64,000 nucleotides of DNA, taken from assembly GCF_009914755.1 (NCBI RefSeq), contig NC_060935.1. One strand, written 5' to 3'. Position numbers and translations under genes: made by a program. Shown piece by piece: positions 27,411-40,079 of this stretch (its first letter is position 1; each line of letters opens with the position of its first letter). This DNA is from the human T2T-CHM13v2.0 reference genome, Homo sapiens. Under the pieces are notes generated by a model that saw only the letters and a list, made by a program, of their open reading frames with translations, was not told where the DNA came from and did not search any database.

Positions 27411-27452
27411 TCTAGGTGGATATTCCAATCGGTTGCTTTGACATTCATGGAT

Positions 27453-27524
27453 GCCAAGACTAAGAGATTTTTATGATCATTTTGTCCAGCCAAGACTAAG
27501 AGATCTTTATGATCATTTCGTCCA
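27453..27524. repeat. 36-bp tandem duplication
   Basis: gccaagactaagagatttttatgatcattttgtcca twice, 2 mismatches. Confidence 0.95.
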
Positions 27525-27534
27525 ACCAAAGCAA

Positions 27535-27775
27535 GGACTCCGAAGCAGGACTGCTTGTGTTCAAAACTGGCCTCCATCTCTGACCAGCTGTGTGACTTTG
27601 GGCAAGTCACTTTAACCTCTCTGTGCTCTGGTTTTCTCATATGCAATGTGGGGACAATAATAGTGACTTCTTCACAGGGTTGTTGTAAAGGTTAATTGTA
27701 ATTATTATATAAAATACCTAGAACAGGGCAGGGCATAGGGTAAACGTTCTAGAAACACTGGCTATTACTATTGGT
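27535..27775 (+). mobile_element. MIR SINE
   Basis: agctgtgtgactttgggcaagtcactttaacctctctgtgctctggttttctcatatgcaa core. Confidence 0.9.
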
Positions 27776-27829
27776 ATTATCAAGAAAACTGAAAGTCACA
27801 AAAGGTAAGTGATTTGCTCAAAATCACAA

Positions 27830-27975
27830 ATTCATTCATTTAACAAGTATTAAAGGGCTTCCCATACACCAGAAACTGGGGATTCCACAGTAGATTAAAT
27901 ATAATAGTTTCTGCTTTTATGGGGCCTATAGTCTAGGTAGGAAGATAAATGTCGAACAAAGACTCAGGCAAATAT
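27830..27975 (-). mobile_element. L2 3' end
   Basis: attcattcatttaacaagtatt...tctgcttttatggggcctatagtctag. Confidence 0.65.
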
Positions 27976-27978
27976 ATG

Positions 27979-28302
27979 CAGTCATCCCTCGTTATTCAAG
28001 GAGGATTGGTTCCTGGATCCTCTTGGGTATCACAATCTGCGGACGCTCGAGTCTCTGATATAAAGTAGTGTAGTATTTGCATATAACCTAAGCACATACA
28101 CTTTAAATATCTAATTACTTATAATACATAATAAAAATATATGCTATGTAAACAGTTACTTAAATTTGTTATATTATTTAAAGTTGTTATGTTAAATTTG
28201 TGTTATTTTTTATTGTTGATTTGTATTTTTCAAATATTGTCTATTCACTTGGTTGAATCATCTCTGAAGGTGCAGAACCCAGGCGACACAGGGGGCCAAC
28301 TG
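27979..28302 (+). mobile_element. MER2 (TcMar-Tigger) MITE
   Basis: TIRs cagtcatccctc / gggggccaactg, internal gtagtatttgcatataaccta, TA on the right flank. Confidence 0.9.
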
Positions 28303-29689
28303 TAATTGCAATCTGAATGACCACCATGAAGACATAGGTCACCATGAACATGAAGTGTGGGAGACCTAATTTCTCTTCTCAGGCAGGGAAGGAATGGGGT
28401 CGGAGAGGGAGGAGTTCATGGGAGGTGTGGCACTAAAACCCAGGCTCCGGCCTGGGACTCTTTACATTATAAGTGTGTGGCCCTGGGATCAACTGTGGAC
28501 TTCTTCACTAGCCTGAGAGTTCCTCAAGGCAAGAGAGCAAGGACGCATTGCACTCATCCTTGCATATCTGTAGCTCCACCTCAGGCACGGTGCCCAGCTC
28601 CCAGCATACCCACAGAGTGAGAGCCATGCCTATTCCTTCAGCACGTGCTAAGCGCCGACTCTCAGGGCATGGCTCTGAGGATGAGAGAGTGCTCTGAGTT
28701 GAGATACACCGCCCACAATACACCCCGTGGGTAATTAACAACCGAGAAAGGGCTCTGCTGAATGGAGTCGCAACAGCACCTGTCTCTGGTGTCCTCCACC
28801 CTTTCAGCAGGCCAGGAGTCTCTTGGGAAGCCTACCAAAGAAGGGAGAAATGTCCTTTGCTCTCCATAACCCTAGGGGAGGCAGGATCTTGACCTCAGAG
28901 ATGACCTTTTGCCATCATTGTCTCAGCTTTCATGAAAACAGTTGTGCATGAGGCTGAAGCACCGCCATTATAAAAAACTTGGTTAAAATATGGATTAATC
29001 CCTGGGAGGGTGTTATGCAAGATTCAGATATATGGTCTGTGATATGGATATGATATTTTTTTATTGCAATAATAAGTTTCTCAACTCCTAATGGACCCTG
29101 TATTAACTGAAGATGACAGGGAGCGAGGGATGGAAAGCGGGCAATTTGTTAAGGTTGCAGAGCAGCAGTTCCAGGGTTGTAAAAGATAAAACATTTCAGA
29201 GTCATTAAAATCAGCCTAAATTGTCTATCTGAACTCAAAGCAACAAACCCAACTTGGCCCTGAGTCCATCACCAGCTATTTTTTTCTTTACAGTGTTTTG
29301 ATTCTCTTGGACTATACACACAGCTCAATCTTCTACTCCCAGAAGGTCCAGGGCTTTGAAAAGACTAATCTCAGGACTTCCTGGAGGAGGTGGACTTTGA
29401 GTGCTCAAGCAGTGGAAGGGAGGCAGCCTTTGATGGATACACATACCTTTATAAAAAGGCTTTCAGATGCAGGAAGAGGCAGCCAAGGTACAGTGGGCTG
29501 GCTGGAGAGAAGGGATCACTGGGGGTGGTCTTAAGGCCTTTTTGGGGTTGGGGCCTAGTGGGTAGAAAAGATCTTGAAGCTTCTGATTAGGACTTTGTAG
29601 TTGTCTGTATGAGCCAAGAGGAGCATAACAAGGATTTGAGGACAAAGGTCAGACTCATGAGTTAGTGGGTATTTCCAGTGAAGAGGCTG

Positions 29690-29900
29690 GCTACTATTTG
29701 CTAAGAGCTTACTAAGGTCCAGGCTCCGTGTTGAGGGATTTTCATAAACTAACTCACTAAATTCTTACAAGAATCCCACGAGGTAAATAATAGTGTATAC
29801 GCATCATATGGATGAGGAAATCGGGCAAGTTTCTCCACCCCTTTAGGACTCCACATCACATAACCAATAAGGCAGCTGGACTAGGGTTCAAACCCCAACA
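29690..29900 (-). mobile_element. MIR SINE
   Basis: aattcttacaagaatcccacgaggta..ggatgaggaaa..gggttcaaaccc. Confidence 0.7.
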
Positions 29901-30879
29901 AACTAACCTACATGAATGTGTTAGCTGGAAGATGTCCCTCTTTATTCTGATATAATGCAGTAAACTCCCATGTGTCAGGCTCCATTCACCTGCTAGGGGA
30001 AACATCTCTGATGGCAGGGACTGCCAGGTATCCTTGCTCTCAGATGATGTCAGCAGCAGGAAGGCCCAGCAGTGATGCTGGACTAGACCCCTGGGCTTAG
30101 CAGTGAGCAAGACTGAAAGACAGATGTTCTCATTGCCGGGGGAAGGAAAGGTGGGCTTTATAACACCCTCTGCACCTGCCCTGGGCCACAGGGACTCTTT
30201 CTGCATTTTATCCTCTGTGGAGGAGAAAGTCACCATGAACAGAAAGGGTTGGCACAGAAGAGAGCAGGAGGGAAGCAAGAAGCAGCCCCAAGGTTCAAGG
30301 GATGACACAGAGAGAAAGAGAGGGTGGTGCTGGTGATGACAATGATGACTGCATATTTCTAGACATGGCCCCTCCAAGTAGGAGACATGGGCAGAAAGGA
30401 GACCAGCAAATAAAAAGCAGCCACCATGCTGAGACTCTTCTTTGAAAATGGCATTGTTGTCAAACTTAGAAAACAGTTTCCCACCCTGAATAAAACACTG
30501 ACATTTGTCTAATTAAAAAAACCTAATGGAGATTCTGCAGACAGAGGGAAGCCGCCAGTGCATCTGCTGGTGAAGTCTCCATATGGCCCAATCCAATGTG
30601 TACTCTGCTGCAGAGACAGAGCAGGACTCTAGAATCGAAGCTGCCCAGCCATTAAATCACCTTCACGGCCTCACTGGCCACGGACCAACAGGGCAGGAAA
30701 GCTCAGCCCAGATTTCTGCTGTGCCCCTCCTCTCTCCCCGCAGCAGTAATGATCTGACCTGTGGACCACCCCTCAGGAAGTGTTAGTGGCAGGAGGTGAT
30801 AAGGAAGAGAAGGACAGTCAGGAAGGACTTTCCTCTTCTGGGCCCCAGCAGATGGTGGGATGTGTCCATAAGAACGGCA

Positions 30880-31200
<321 letters not shown>

Positions 31201-32399
31201 TCAGTAGAGACTGGGAAGGAAGCCCTGCAGAGAAGCTGCCAGCCCACATACTCATGGAGAGCCCCAAATCGTCCTTCAGACCCCTGGCAGTCTGGAAGCC
31301 TAGATGTCGTGAATCAAGCCTCTGGCAAGGACAGCGCAGTGACCAACCCTCTTTTCAGAAGGACAAAGTGGAATGAAAGCACAAGCCATCAATAGCATGG
31401 TCATCTCCCTGGAGATGTGCAGATACCCTTCACCTTCAAGCAGGCTAAACCGGCCGAGAGTGGCTCTGAGGACCTGCAGGTGCTGCCCACATGTGCCCTG
31501 GGCTGGTCCTCCCTCAGCTCCCTCTCCTGTCTTCACCTCCCTGGGCCATGTCTCTCACCTTTTGTGGTAATTCTTCACTTCTCTCCACACTAATTACCCC
31601 TTTCCATCTCACATTCCTCCAGCTGGTTCAGCACTTCCGATGGCTCCAGTCCTAAGCACCCCTCACAGTAGGCATCAACCAAGAACATATCACACTCACC
31701 TACAAAACAAGCAACCCACCATGAGCTGTGAGATGGAAATAACTCATCTTATCTATTCATCTGGAATACGATCCTGATGAACAGGAGAAGGGAGAAGAAC
31801 TTCACCTTCCTTCAAGAGGCCATGCTGGGTAGCAATGGGGCTCCTGCCCCTGCTGTTCATCATGTTTCTGGGGTCTTTGTTTCAAATGTGAGGCACAACA
31901 GAGCATCCTGCTGTATCAGCCTAATTACCAGCCTCTCCTTCCATTCCTGCTGGCATGGCAGGTGAAGTATAGCGAAGAGGAACTTGGCGTGATAATGGAA
32001 CCTAGTGATGAAATTTCTTGGCCACTACTGGCCATTCATGATCATAATTACCAATGACGCTTTATCGTGATGACAGAGGAGGGCATGCAGAGTGGTGACA
32101 CCTGGGGTGCACCCATCAGTCTAAGTAGTCAAGAGAGGAAATGCCTTAAGGAACCACGAGATCCCTTGAAGAGACTCAGCTGAGCACACGTAGTTACCAG
32201 AAGTGGCTGTTAGGCAAGTGAAATGTAGAATGTTCCTCTGACCTTAACTACCCAAAGATTAGAACGCTGCTGTTCTGTAACACCTGGAGCTGAGGCTGGA
32301 CAGTTGAGCACACATCATCCATCTTTCAGTGTCCTTTCTCCATGAGATAGTTAGGGTCAATAGTGATTGCAGGTGACACAAGGTTTTCCAAATATGGTT

Positions 32400-32900
32400 G
32401 GGGAAGGCAGTCACTCCTCAAAATCCATTTCATTTCTCTTCCATAGTGGCAGTATTATTTAGGGAAATGAGCAGCTCACTGGATGAGTCCATTGTTCTCA
32501 GGGCTATTTAACCTCCTCATCACTATTCAGTTCAGAATGGGGCTAGTGACCTTTTTTAGACTAATGAAATGCAAGGGAGGATTGCTGAAGGGTGTCTGAC
32601 CAATTATCTCACTCTTAAGAGAGAGGATGGAAAGCCACACAGTTTCTCCGACTGACTGTAAACGCAGAGTGTCTTGCCCAGCTTGCAGCTGGCAGCTATC
32701 TGATGGCCATGAAGGAGGCTGGCCTGGGAAAAACGCAGTCCATGAAGAGGAAGGAGCTAAGACAAAGACAGAAAAAGAGACCCATTGCCTTCATCAAGCG
32801 GTACCTAACTCTGACCTTCTGGTTATGCTAGTCAACAAAATTGCTTATTGCTTTAGTCAATTGGAGTCAGTTTCTCTTATCAGAAGCCCAAAGAATGCCT
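32400..32900 (+). mobile_element. MLT1 (J/K/L-like) MaLR LTR
   Basis: gtgacctttttagactaatgaaatgcaaggga.., gcagctatctgatggccatgaagg, 3' caacaaaattgcttattgctttagtcaattggagtcag. Confidence 0.65.
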
Positions 32901-33159
32901 TCCATAAGAAAAAGTGCCTCCTCTCAAGTCTGCTTGGAAAGAGACTACCATATAAGAGCTGAGTGAAGAAGCTTTGAAGAGGCCTGGCAGAGTAGAGTGC
33001 AGGTGGAGTCTGGGGACCGCATAGCAGAGGAGGGGTCTGTGTGGCTGACACCTCATCAGTGTGCTTCAGAGGAAGCTCATTGCTAGGCAGCACATCTGTC
33101 CATACTCATGAACAATAGGTCACCCTTTCCACCTCAAGGACAACAAGTCAGCAGCATTA

Positions 33160-33480
33160 CGGTAGACTATATTTTGTTTCCAACTATTTGCAGGTCAGCA
33201 TCGACTCTTGCTTGGCTTTGTGACTTTCTTTGGCCAATGGAATATGAGTGAATGTGATGCCACATGTGAGCAGGTGTTTGAATGCAAGCGTCTGATTTGG
33301 CTTGGCCAATTCCTGCCCTCTGTCATGAGGAAGGAATGTCTCGGATAGGTGCTATGCCTGTGGCCAGGGCCCTAAAAGGAAAGGGCACGTGGAGTAGGGC
33401 CACAGCTGACCCACAGCCCACTTGTGACATGAAAGAGGGAGAAACAAACATTTCCTGGGCTAGGTTACTGGGATTCTAAC
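33160..33480 (+). mobile_element. MLT1 (I/J-like) MaLR LTR
   Basis: gcttggctttgtgactttctttggccaatggaatatgagtgaatgtga core. Confidence 0.75.
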
Positions 33481-33859
33481 ATAGAAGTATATACAAAGCA
33501 ATACTCTATTCCCAGGACTCTATGAAGTGATTTGGAAGATAAAGAATGATGAGACATGGTTTCCATTCTCAGAGAATTTATAAACACAGCAAGCACCAGA
33601 AAGAATTACAGAGAGTGCAGAATCCTGGAATACCTTGCCCATACAGATTGTGAGGACACTAGAGTTCAGAGGAAAGGAATATACTGGCTGGGATGGCCTA
33701 CAAGAATGGGAGAATGGGTGAGTGACAGATGACATTGGATAGAGTTAACAGCAGACAGGTGTCACAGCCTGAGCTGAAGATTTGCAGCTCACCTTGTCAG
33801 CTGATCTCATGAAAGGAGGGACATTGAGAATGCCTGGGTAGCATACGCCACTTTTTCTT

Positions 33860-34205
33860 CTGTCTGCCGGAGGCAAAGATGCTGAGACTTTCACTTTCAT
33901 GTTTGAATGAAAATATCTTAGTGTACAAATTATCACTTTACAATTAATTATGCAGAGCAAGTAACACACATGAGACCTCAATATTATGACAGCTTGGAAA
34001 TTTACTGTTTTCGAACTTAACATGCAACAAGTCTTGCCAAATGTACGTTGAAAAGTAGCACAAGATTAGACAATTAACATTTTAATGTTGTATATTCACA
34101 GCACATCTGTGGGTCAGTGTAAACACCACAAACAACTTGGCAGATGATGTCAAGTGGACACCCCCCTAAGACTCTGACCTTAAAAACCAACGCTCTTTAA
34201 TTAGG
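33860..34205. promoter_or_regulatory. Candidate conserved non-coding element
   Basis: Repeat-free, with caattaattatgc, tgacag, gattagacaattaa and tttaattagg. Inference. Confidence 0.35.
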
Positions 34206-35089
34206 CCTTTCCTTCCCCTTCTGGCTTTGGGAGAAGAGACTGTTATGAAAAAAGACATGATTACACCATATTGGAGTTCACCAGGCATCTCAAATACTTT
34301 GGGTTTGATAAAAAACAGCAGATTTCATTGCTGGAATCTTCCCTTCAGAATCTGTAAGCACCATGTGGATATCAAGGGGAATTTCATCAGTATGTTTCTG
34401 ATTCCTTTACACTTACATCATTAAAAGATTTTTGAGGGTTTTTGAAGTCCAATAACTCTCCTGAGCCATTCTTCCCCCACTCCCAGCATATTTTTCATTT
34501 CTTTTCATTAAAATTAGGAAATTGAATTTCAGCTCTGTATTTTTTTTTTAAAGCTCGCTGCTTGTAAATAATGGTGGCTAAGGATTAAATCCCCAATTCT
34601 AAACATTCGTCCTGAGATCCATCAAGCTGATGAAGATTTGTGTATCCTCATCGGGCCCAGATCTCAGACAGGAGAGACGTGGTCAACTGTGATTTGAGAG
34701 ATGAATTCAGGCATCATAGGCTTCCTTTGCCTCTCTGTAGAATCCAGTTTTGTCCAAGCGAGACAGTATCATTGACTCACATGAAGAGTGGAACTGTAGT
34801 GTTGGAAGCTGAATGAGCACTAAAGTACCACTCATCTAACTCTCCTGCCCTCATCAGGCCAAGGCTCAGCTTTGTATTTTCAAAATCTCTTTGTAAGTTC
34901 TCTCCTGGTAGCTGATAACTGTTTTAGTCACATTGTAGTCAACCCATTCTTTGTTATTTCTGACATAAAGTGATCTTACCTTTAGGTAAGAGCATTTCAC
35001 ATTCTCTTATTCTCTTAACAGATCTGAACCTAGTCTTGAAATGGGTCACATAACCATTTGCAAATGTAAAAAAAATTCTTCACAAAGGT

Positions 35090-35220
35090 TCCAGTCTGTA
35101 TATAGGCTTCATGACAGCAGGGCCTCATCTGCTCTCTTCGTGCAACCTCCCCCAGCCACAGAACAGTCTCCAGCACATAGTAGATGATGCATAATATTTG
35201 TTGAATGAAGGAGTGAATAA
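35090..35220 (+). mobile_element. L2 3' end
   Basis: agaacagtctccagcacatagtag..taatatttgttgaatgaa. Confidence 0.75.
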
Positions 35221-35239
35221 AATTCTAATCATATGTAAA

Positions 35240-35445
35240 ACATATACAGCCTTTCACAGTGCTTCCACACCTAGTGATTAATAGCGTTCTAATGATACCC
35301 TGAATGAGTAGCAAAGGTAGGGTGATCCTTAGATTATTTATAAAGCAGATGAGCCCAGATATGGAATAACTTAAGATCTTATGGCTGGTCAGTGGTAAAA
35401 CTGGAGTAGGTTTCAGATCACCTGAGTCTCAGAATGTGCTGTTTT
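35240..35445 (-). mobile_element. MIR fragment
   Basis: Diverged antisense MIR (ggctggtcagtggtaaaactggagtagg..cctgagtctcag). Confidence 0.5.
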
Positions 35446-35454
35446 CATATAGAC

Positions 35455-35647
35455 CAGTGCTTCTGAAGGTTGAGTTAGGCATATATCAGAGTCACCCAAA
35501 GGATTTATTAAAACACAAATTGCTGAGCCCCATCCTCAAAGTGTCACTTCTGTAGGCCAAGGGTGGGCCGCCAGAATCTGCATTTTTAACACGTACCCAG
35601 GTGATGTCAGTACTGCCGGCCCTGGGACCACACTGTGAGGACAACTC
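35455..35647 (-). mobile_element. MER5A hAT MITE
   Basis: cagtgcttct..attaaaacacaaattgctgagccccatcc..agaatctgcatttttaac..ccaggtgatg..gggaccacactgtgag. Confidence 0.9.
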
Positions 35648-36170
35648 AGAAAGGCCATAGTTTACGAACTGCAAAATGAAGGAATATGAGGGAGAGAGAA
35701 AGACACTTCTTAACATCCTCCGAGACTATGTTTAGGGTATCAAACTCAACTGATCGGTACAGAAAGCCAGGCTGTGTGATTTAACTGCAGAAGTCTTTGC
35801 TATCCCTTAAAAAGCAAACAAACAAAAAACCTGCTAATGTAGATCACGGGACAGGAAGTTCCAACCTGGGGATATTCTAACTTAGAATGAAGGTTAGCTG
35901 GAGTCTTTCTAAGTATGAATTTAGGTTTCGAAAAGAGATTTTGGAGCTGGATAAAGCATTAGTTACATGGTCCAAACTTCTCACATATGCACCTGCAGAA
36001 AGAAAGGGGTTAGAAGGGTGATGTGCCTAGTCCAGTGTCCCAGACTCTCTTCATGCCTGATTCTTCAGCTGTAAGGCATAATCAAAAGGGGACAGGATGT
36101 CCCCCAGCTTGGTTCTCCTACGACTGTTTCTGCGGGGACAGTTGGTCACCCTATACATGTAAATTCTTTT

Positions 36171-36677
36171 AACTTGTACACCAATGTTCATTGCAGCAGT
36201 ATTCATAATAACCAAAAAGTAGAAGTCACCCACGTGTCTAACAGATGAATGCAAACACAAAATATGATATAGTCACACAATGGAATATCATTCAGCCATA
36301 AAAAGGAATAACATTCTGATACACAGTATGTTAAAGATTCACCTTGAAAATATTATGCTAAATCAAATGAACCAGACACAGAAGGATATATATTGTACGA
36401 TTCCACTTATATGAAGTATTCAGAATAGGCAAATTCATAAAAATAAAAAATAGATTAAAGGTTATCAGGACTGAGACGGAAGGAAGTGGGAGTTATTGCT
36501 TAATGGGTACAGAATTTCTGTTTACAGTGATGAAAAAGTTCTGGAAATAAATAGTGGTGATGGTTGCACAACATTGTCAATATAGTTAATGCCACTAAAC
36601 CGTATACTTAAAAGTGGTTAAAATGTCAAATTTCATGTTGTATATATTTTACCACAATAAAAAAATTAAAAAAAAAC
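36171..36677 (+). mobile_element. L1MB 3' end
   Basis: aatgttcattgcagcagtattcataata, caatggaatatcattcagccataaaaagg, gtggtgatggttgcacaacattgt, ttttaccacaataaaaaaa. Confidence 0.9.
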
Positions 36678-36806
36678 AAGGAAAAACCTGCAAACAACAA
36701 AAATCTTTCCAAACCACGTAGCACCTCCACACCTATCCTGCCTCTCTTAGAGCACTGCTCAGTTGTAGGCTGTGTGGGGAGTGAGTAATGATCACCTGGT
36801 GCAATC

Positions 36807-36945
36807 TGGTTTCTAGTATGAGTTGCTTCCACTCATACTAGAAACCATATATGTATACCACATACTAGAAACCATATACTAGAAACCACTCACACTAGAA
36901 ACCAATAGTGAGGTGGTTGCCACTATTTCCATTGGCAACCAATAC
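36807..36945. repeat. Perfect 17-bp inverted repeat, four direct ACTAGAAACCA copies and nested small inverted repeats
   Basis: tggtttctagtatgagt-tgcttcc-actcatactagaaacca (36807-36847), further copies to 36904, and tggttgcca/tggcaacca at 36914-36941. Confidence 0.9.
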
Positions 36946-37399
36946 TTTTCTGCCACTCCACTCATTGTCTAACCTTAGGCATGGACTTTAGAATTGAGGT
37001 GGCGTTTCTGAAGAACGAGATGGTAAAAACAGTGGCATTTCTGTTCCCTCCTCCACCCCAGTTGCACGCTTTGGTAATTGTTGAACTCGATTTCACTTGG
37101 TGTGTGATGACACATCTTACAGTGATGGAGCAGAATTTAGATGCTGTGACTCATCTCTCCAAGCTGGGTTTCCATAAGACTCCACACTGATCTCTGGCAT
37201 GTTTACTGCTGCCTGGGAAACTGGTTTTGTGCATTCTCAGAAATACGAGATTGGCCCATAATGATATGCATGCCTCTCAGAGGGAAGACAGAGACTCACG
37301 GTATGGCAGTTGAAGGACACACGACTTGAGGGAGATGGATGTTACTGAGGCAAAAGAAATGTTCATTGCCTACTCGCTCATCATGGTGCTTCCCTCCCA

Positions 37400-37740
37400 T
37401 GTGTGTGTCCATTTGGGCCTCAGCAACATCCCCAGATGCTGGGCAGATCCAGTGAATTGCAAGTAAGCAAATAAACATGATTTAATAGTAGATGAGAAGA
37501 CTTTGCCACACCATGGTACCTCCCCCTGCATTTATTTTGGCAATTTGGTGCCGAATATTTACGACAGTGCTTTAGACCATCCAGGTAGTTTTAGCGTAAG
37601 GAGTGAAGTCTTTGTAAACTAAGCTGCTTGTTCCTCTGACAGGGTGATAAGCAAGCTTGTGGTGGAGGGCAGTTACCGGATTTTAATTAACTAGCTGAAT
37701 TATTACGTTTTTGCATAAACATTCTTCACCATCATCCACT
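37400..37740. promoter_or_regulatory. Candidate conserved non-coding element
   Basis: Repeat-free, with aaataaaca (FOX), tgatttaat (PBX-HOX-like), tttacga (HOX13-like) and tttaattaa. Inference. Confidence 0.4.
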
Positions 37741-38040
37741 CATGACATAGGTTAGGTACATTTACACAGAGAACTAAAATGATACATTCTCTGCCTCCTA
37801 GGAGTTTATAATCTAAGAAAGGGATTGCAAATACATAGAAAGGCTATTCCATTCTTCATCTCTGTGACATGGCAGACATTACTAATCAAGGATAGTTCCC
37901 CTTTTCAAAATCTTTTCCTGCATTGGATGCCAGGCAGCCATTGTAATCAATTGCAGGGTGTGCAAGGCCTTCCTGATGTCTGCATGTTATAAAGAATGGG
38001 GAGCTAGCTGCCAAGACATTCCTATGACACCAGATGGGGA

Positions 38041-38277
38041 ATGTATTGTTACATGTATTTTAACAATGTAACAATATTGCATAGACCCAAGGAAATATGA
38101 TTTTATAACGTCATATGTTATAACATCATATGTTATAAGATATGTATTGTTACATCATATTATATTATTATTTGTATTATATATATGTATATATGTATTA
38201 TTATGTGTATTAATACTATATTATATATAATATGATGTATTGCTACAGACCCAAGGAGATATGATTTTTTAACATCA
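38041..38277. repeat. AT-rich patchwork between duplicated ~40-bp flanks
   Basis: tattgc..agacccaagga.atatgatttt..aac.tca at 38075-38113 and 38238-38277, with internal direct and inverted copies. Confidence 0.85.
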
Positions 38278-39134
38278 ACTTAGGTTTTCATACCTTTCAA
38301 GTGATAAATACATGCATAATTTGTAGAATTAAGGCATAGTGCTTTTGTGGGTTTCGATAAGCCTGACTTCTCAGTGTGGATGCTCCCATGTTGTGGATGA
38401 GATTGAGCGCTGTGGTAGGTGCAGCCATCACTAATGTCTTTGCCCCTAAGACAGGAGCAAGCTGGGCCCCTTGGTTAAACACTGATTACAGCCACATACT
38501 CTCCTCACTTCCTCCTTTCTGTAGTTCCAGTTGAGTAATTAAAATCACTTCTGTTAAAGTAGCATGGTTGGCTCAACAAGCCAAGGGCAAGTTTACGGAT
38601 CTGGAGGATGGAAACTACTTTAAACCTTGGTAGTTCTGGCTGCAGTGAGGAATAACAATTAGAATAATTGATAACCAGGTCCTTGATGTCCAGTCACCAC
38701 CCAAGGCCTGCAACACATCAGAGACAAGCCTGATTCTCTGGCTGGAGTAGATAACAGAGCTGGGGTTGGGCTATTCTGGTTGCTTAAGCTGCAGTGGCCA
38801 AGGACATGCTTCACTTTGGTGACACCAGTTGTGCAGAAGCTCTTGAACTCACACAGTTGAGGTCTTTGTGGTCTGGGAGAGAAACCCTTTCCCTGATATG
38901 TGCACAGTAAGCATGGGGCTAAATAGGTGTGCATGACTTTCAGATTACATGCAAAGAAGTTTTAGAGGTTAAGAGTTCCAAAGAGGACAGACAGGATTTG
39001 CTGGAGCAGGCCTGGGGTAATACAGAATATTCCAGTAACAATAGTGTAACTGCACTACTACAGTATTAAGAGTAACAATATTGTTACTAAACAATAGGAG
39101 GATACTACTAAGCAGTAACAATGCTACTGCTAAT

Positions 39135-39375
39135 TGTGTGCCATTTATTGAACAATGACTACATACCTGATATGATGCTAAATGTGTTTATAATGATAGC
39201 ATTTAATTTTATCATTTAACTATATCATGTAATCTTCATATCAACCCCATGACGTACTTGTCACTTGTCATTCTTCTTATTGTACAGATGAAAGTTTTCA
39301 AAGATGAAGTAATTTTCCCAAAGTCAAACAGACAGGGAGTGGCTTGGTTAAGAATCTGCCCCCAAAACTCATGCT
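39135..39375 (-). mobile_element. MIR SINE
   Basis: ccatttattgaaca..taatcttcatatcaaccccatga..ttgtacagatgaaa..cccaaagtcaaacag. Confidence 0.75.
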
Positions 39376-40079
39376 GCTCACTTCCATATATTATTGCTCT
39401 TGCACAATCTGATATGCTCTCCCATGGCTGACTCCATAAATGCCTCTTTTGTCTATATCACCATAAGATGCATCTTTAGATCCCAAGAAATCTATCGATT
39501 AGACAAAGATAAATGCTCAGCACCATAATCATGCTATCAAATCATTGAACCGATGAACGAAAGGTGGAGTTAAATCTCCCTCAATGTGAAGATCCCCACT
39601 GCACTGTGGAATTTAGTCCATTTGATCTGGATTTGGGATTCCAGTTAAAGAAATCTTCATGTGAAGAGATACTACTGCTGCTCACTGTTTCTTGCCAGGT
39701 GGTGTCAGTGCTCTGTTTGCCTAAAGGATAAATTCAGACATTTGATTTTCTGCCCATAGCATCCTATTTTTCCTGATCTTACTTGGCTATTCCTCAGGAT
39801 ATGTTTTAAGACAGATATGTTCTTTGATCTCATTTTAAACTTCCTCTTTGGTCTCTCTACTTTCTCCCTGTCTTACAGACCCCTGGGCAATCACTTTTTT
39901 CCCCAACCAGCTCAGACTCCATGGTCCATCACTTCAACCTTGTAGTTACATCCTCGTCCTAACATCGTACCTTCCTAGAAAACCCCGCGCCTAGGTCACT
40001 TTACAATTGGCCTTCTCTGCCTGATTCCAGGATGCTGAGAGCTGCTAGACAAAATTACCTCAACACTCAGATTGGCCCC

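Noticed and set aside
36831-36904. CRISPR-like short direct repeats
   Set aside because: 11-bp repeats with 3-16 nt irregular gaps in primate DNA and no cas genes.
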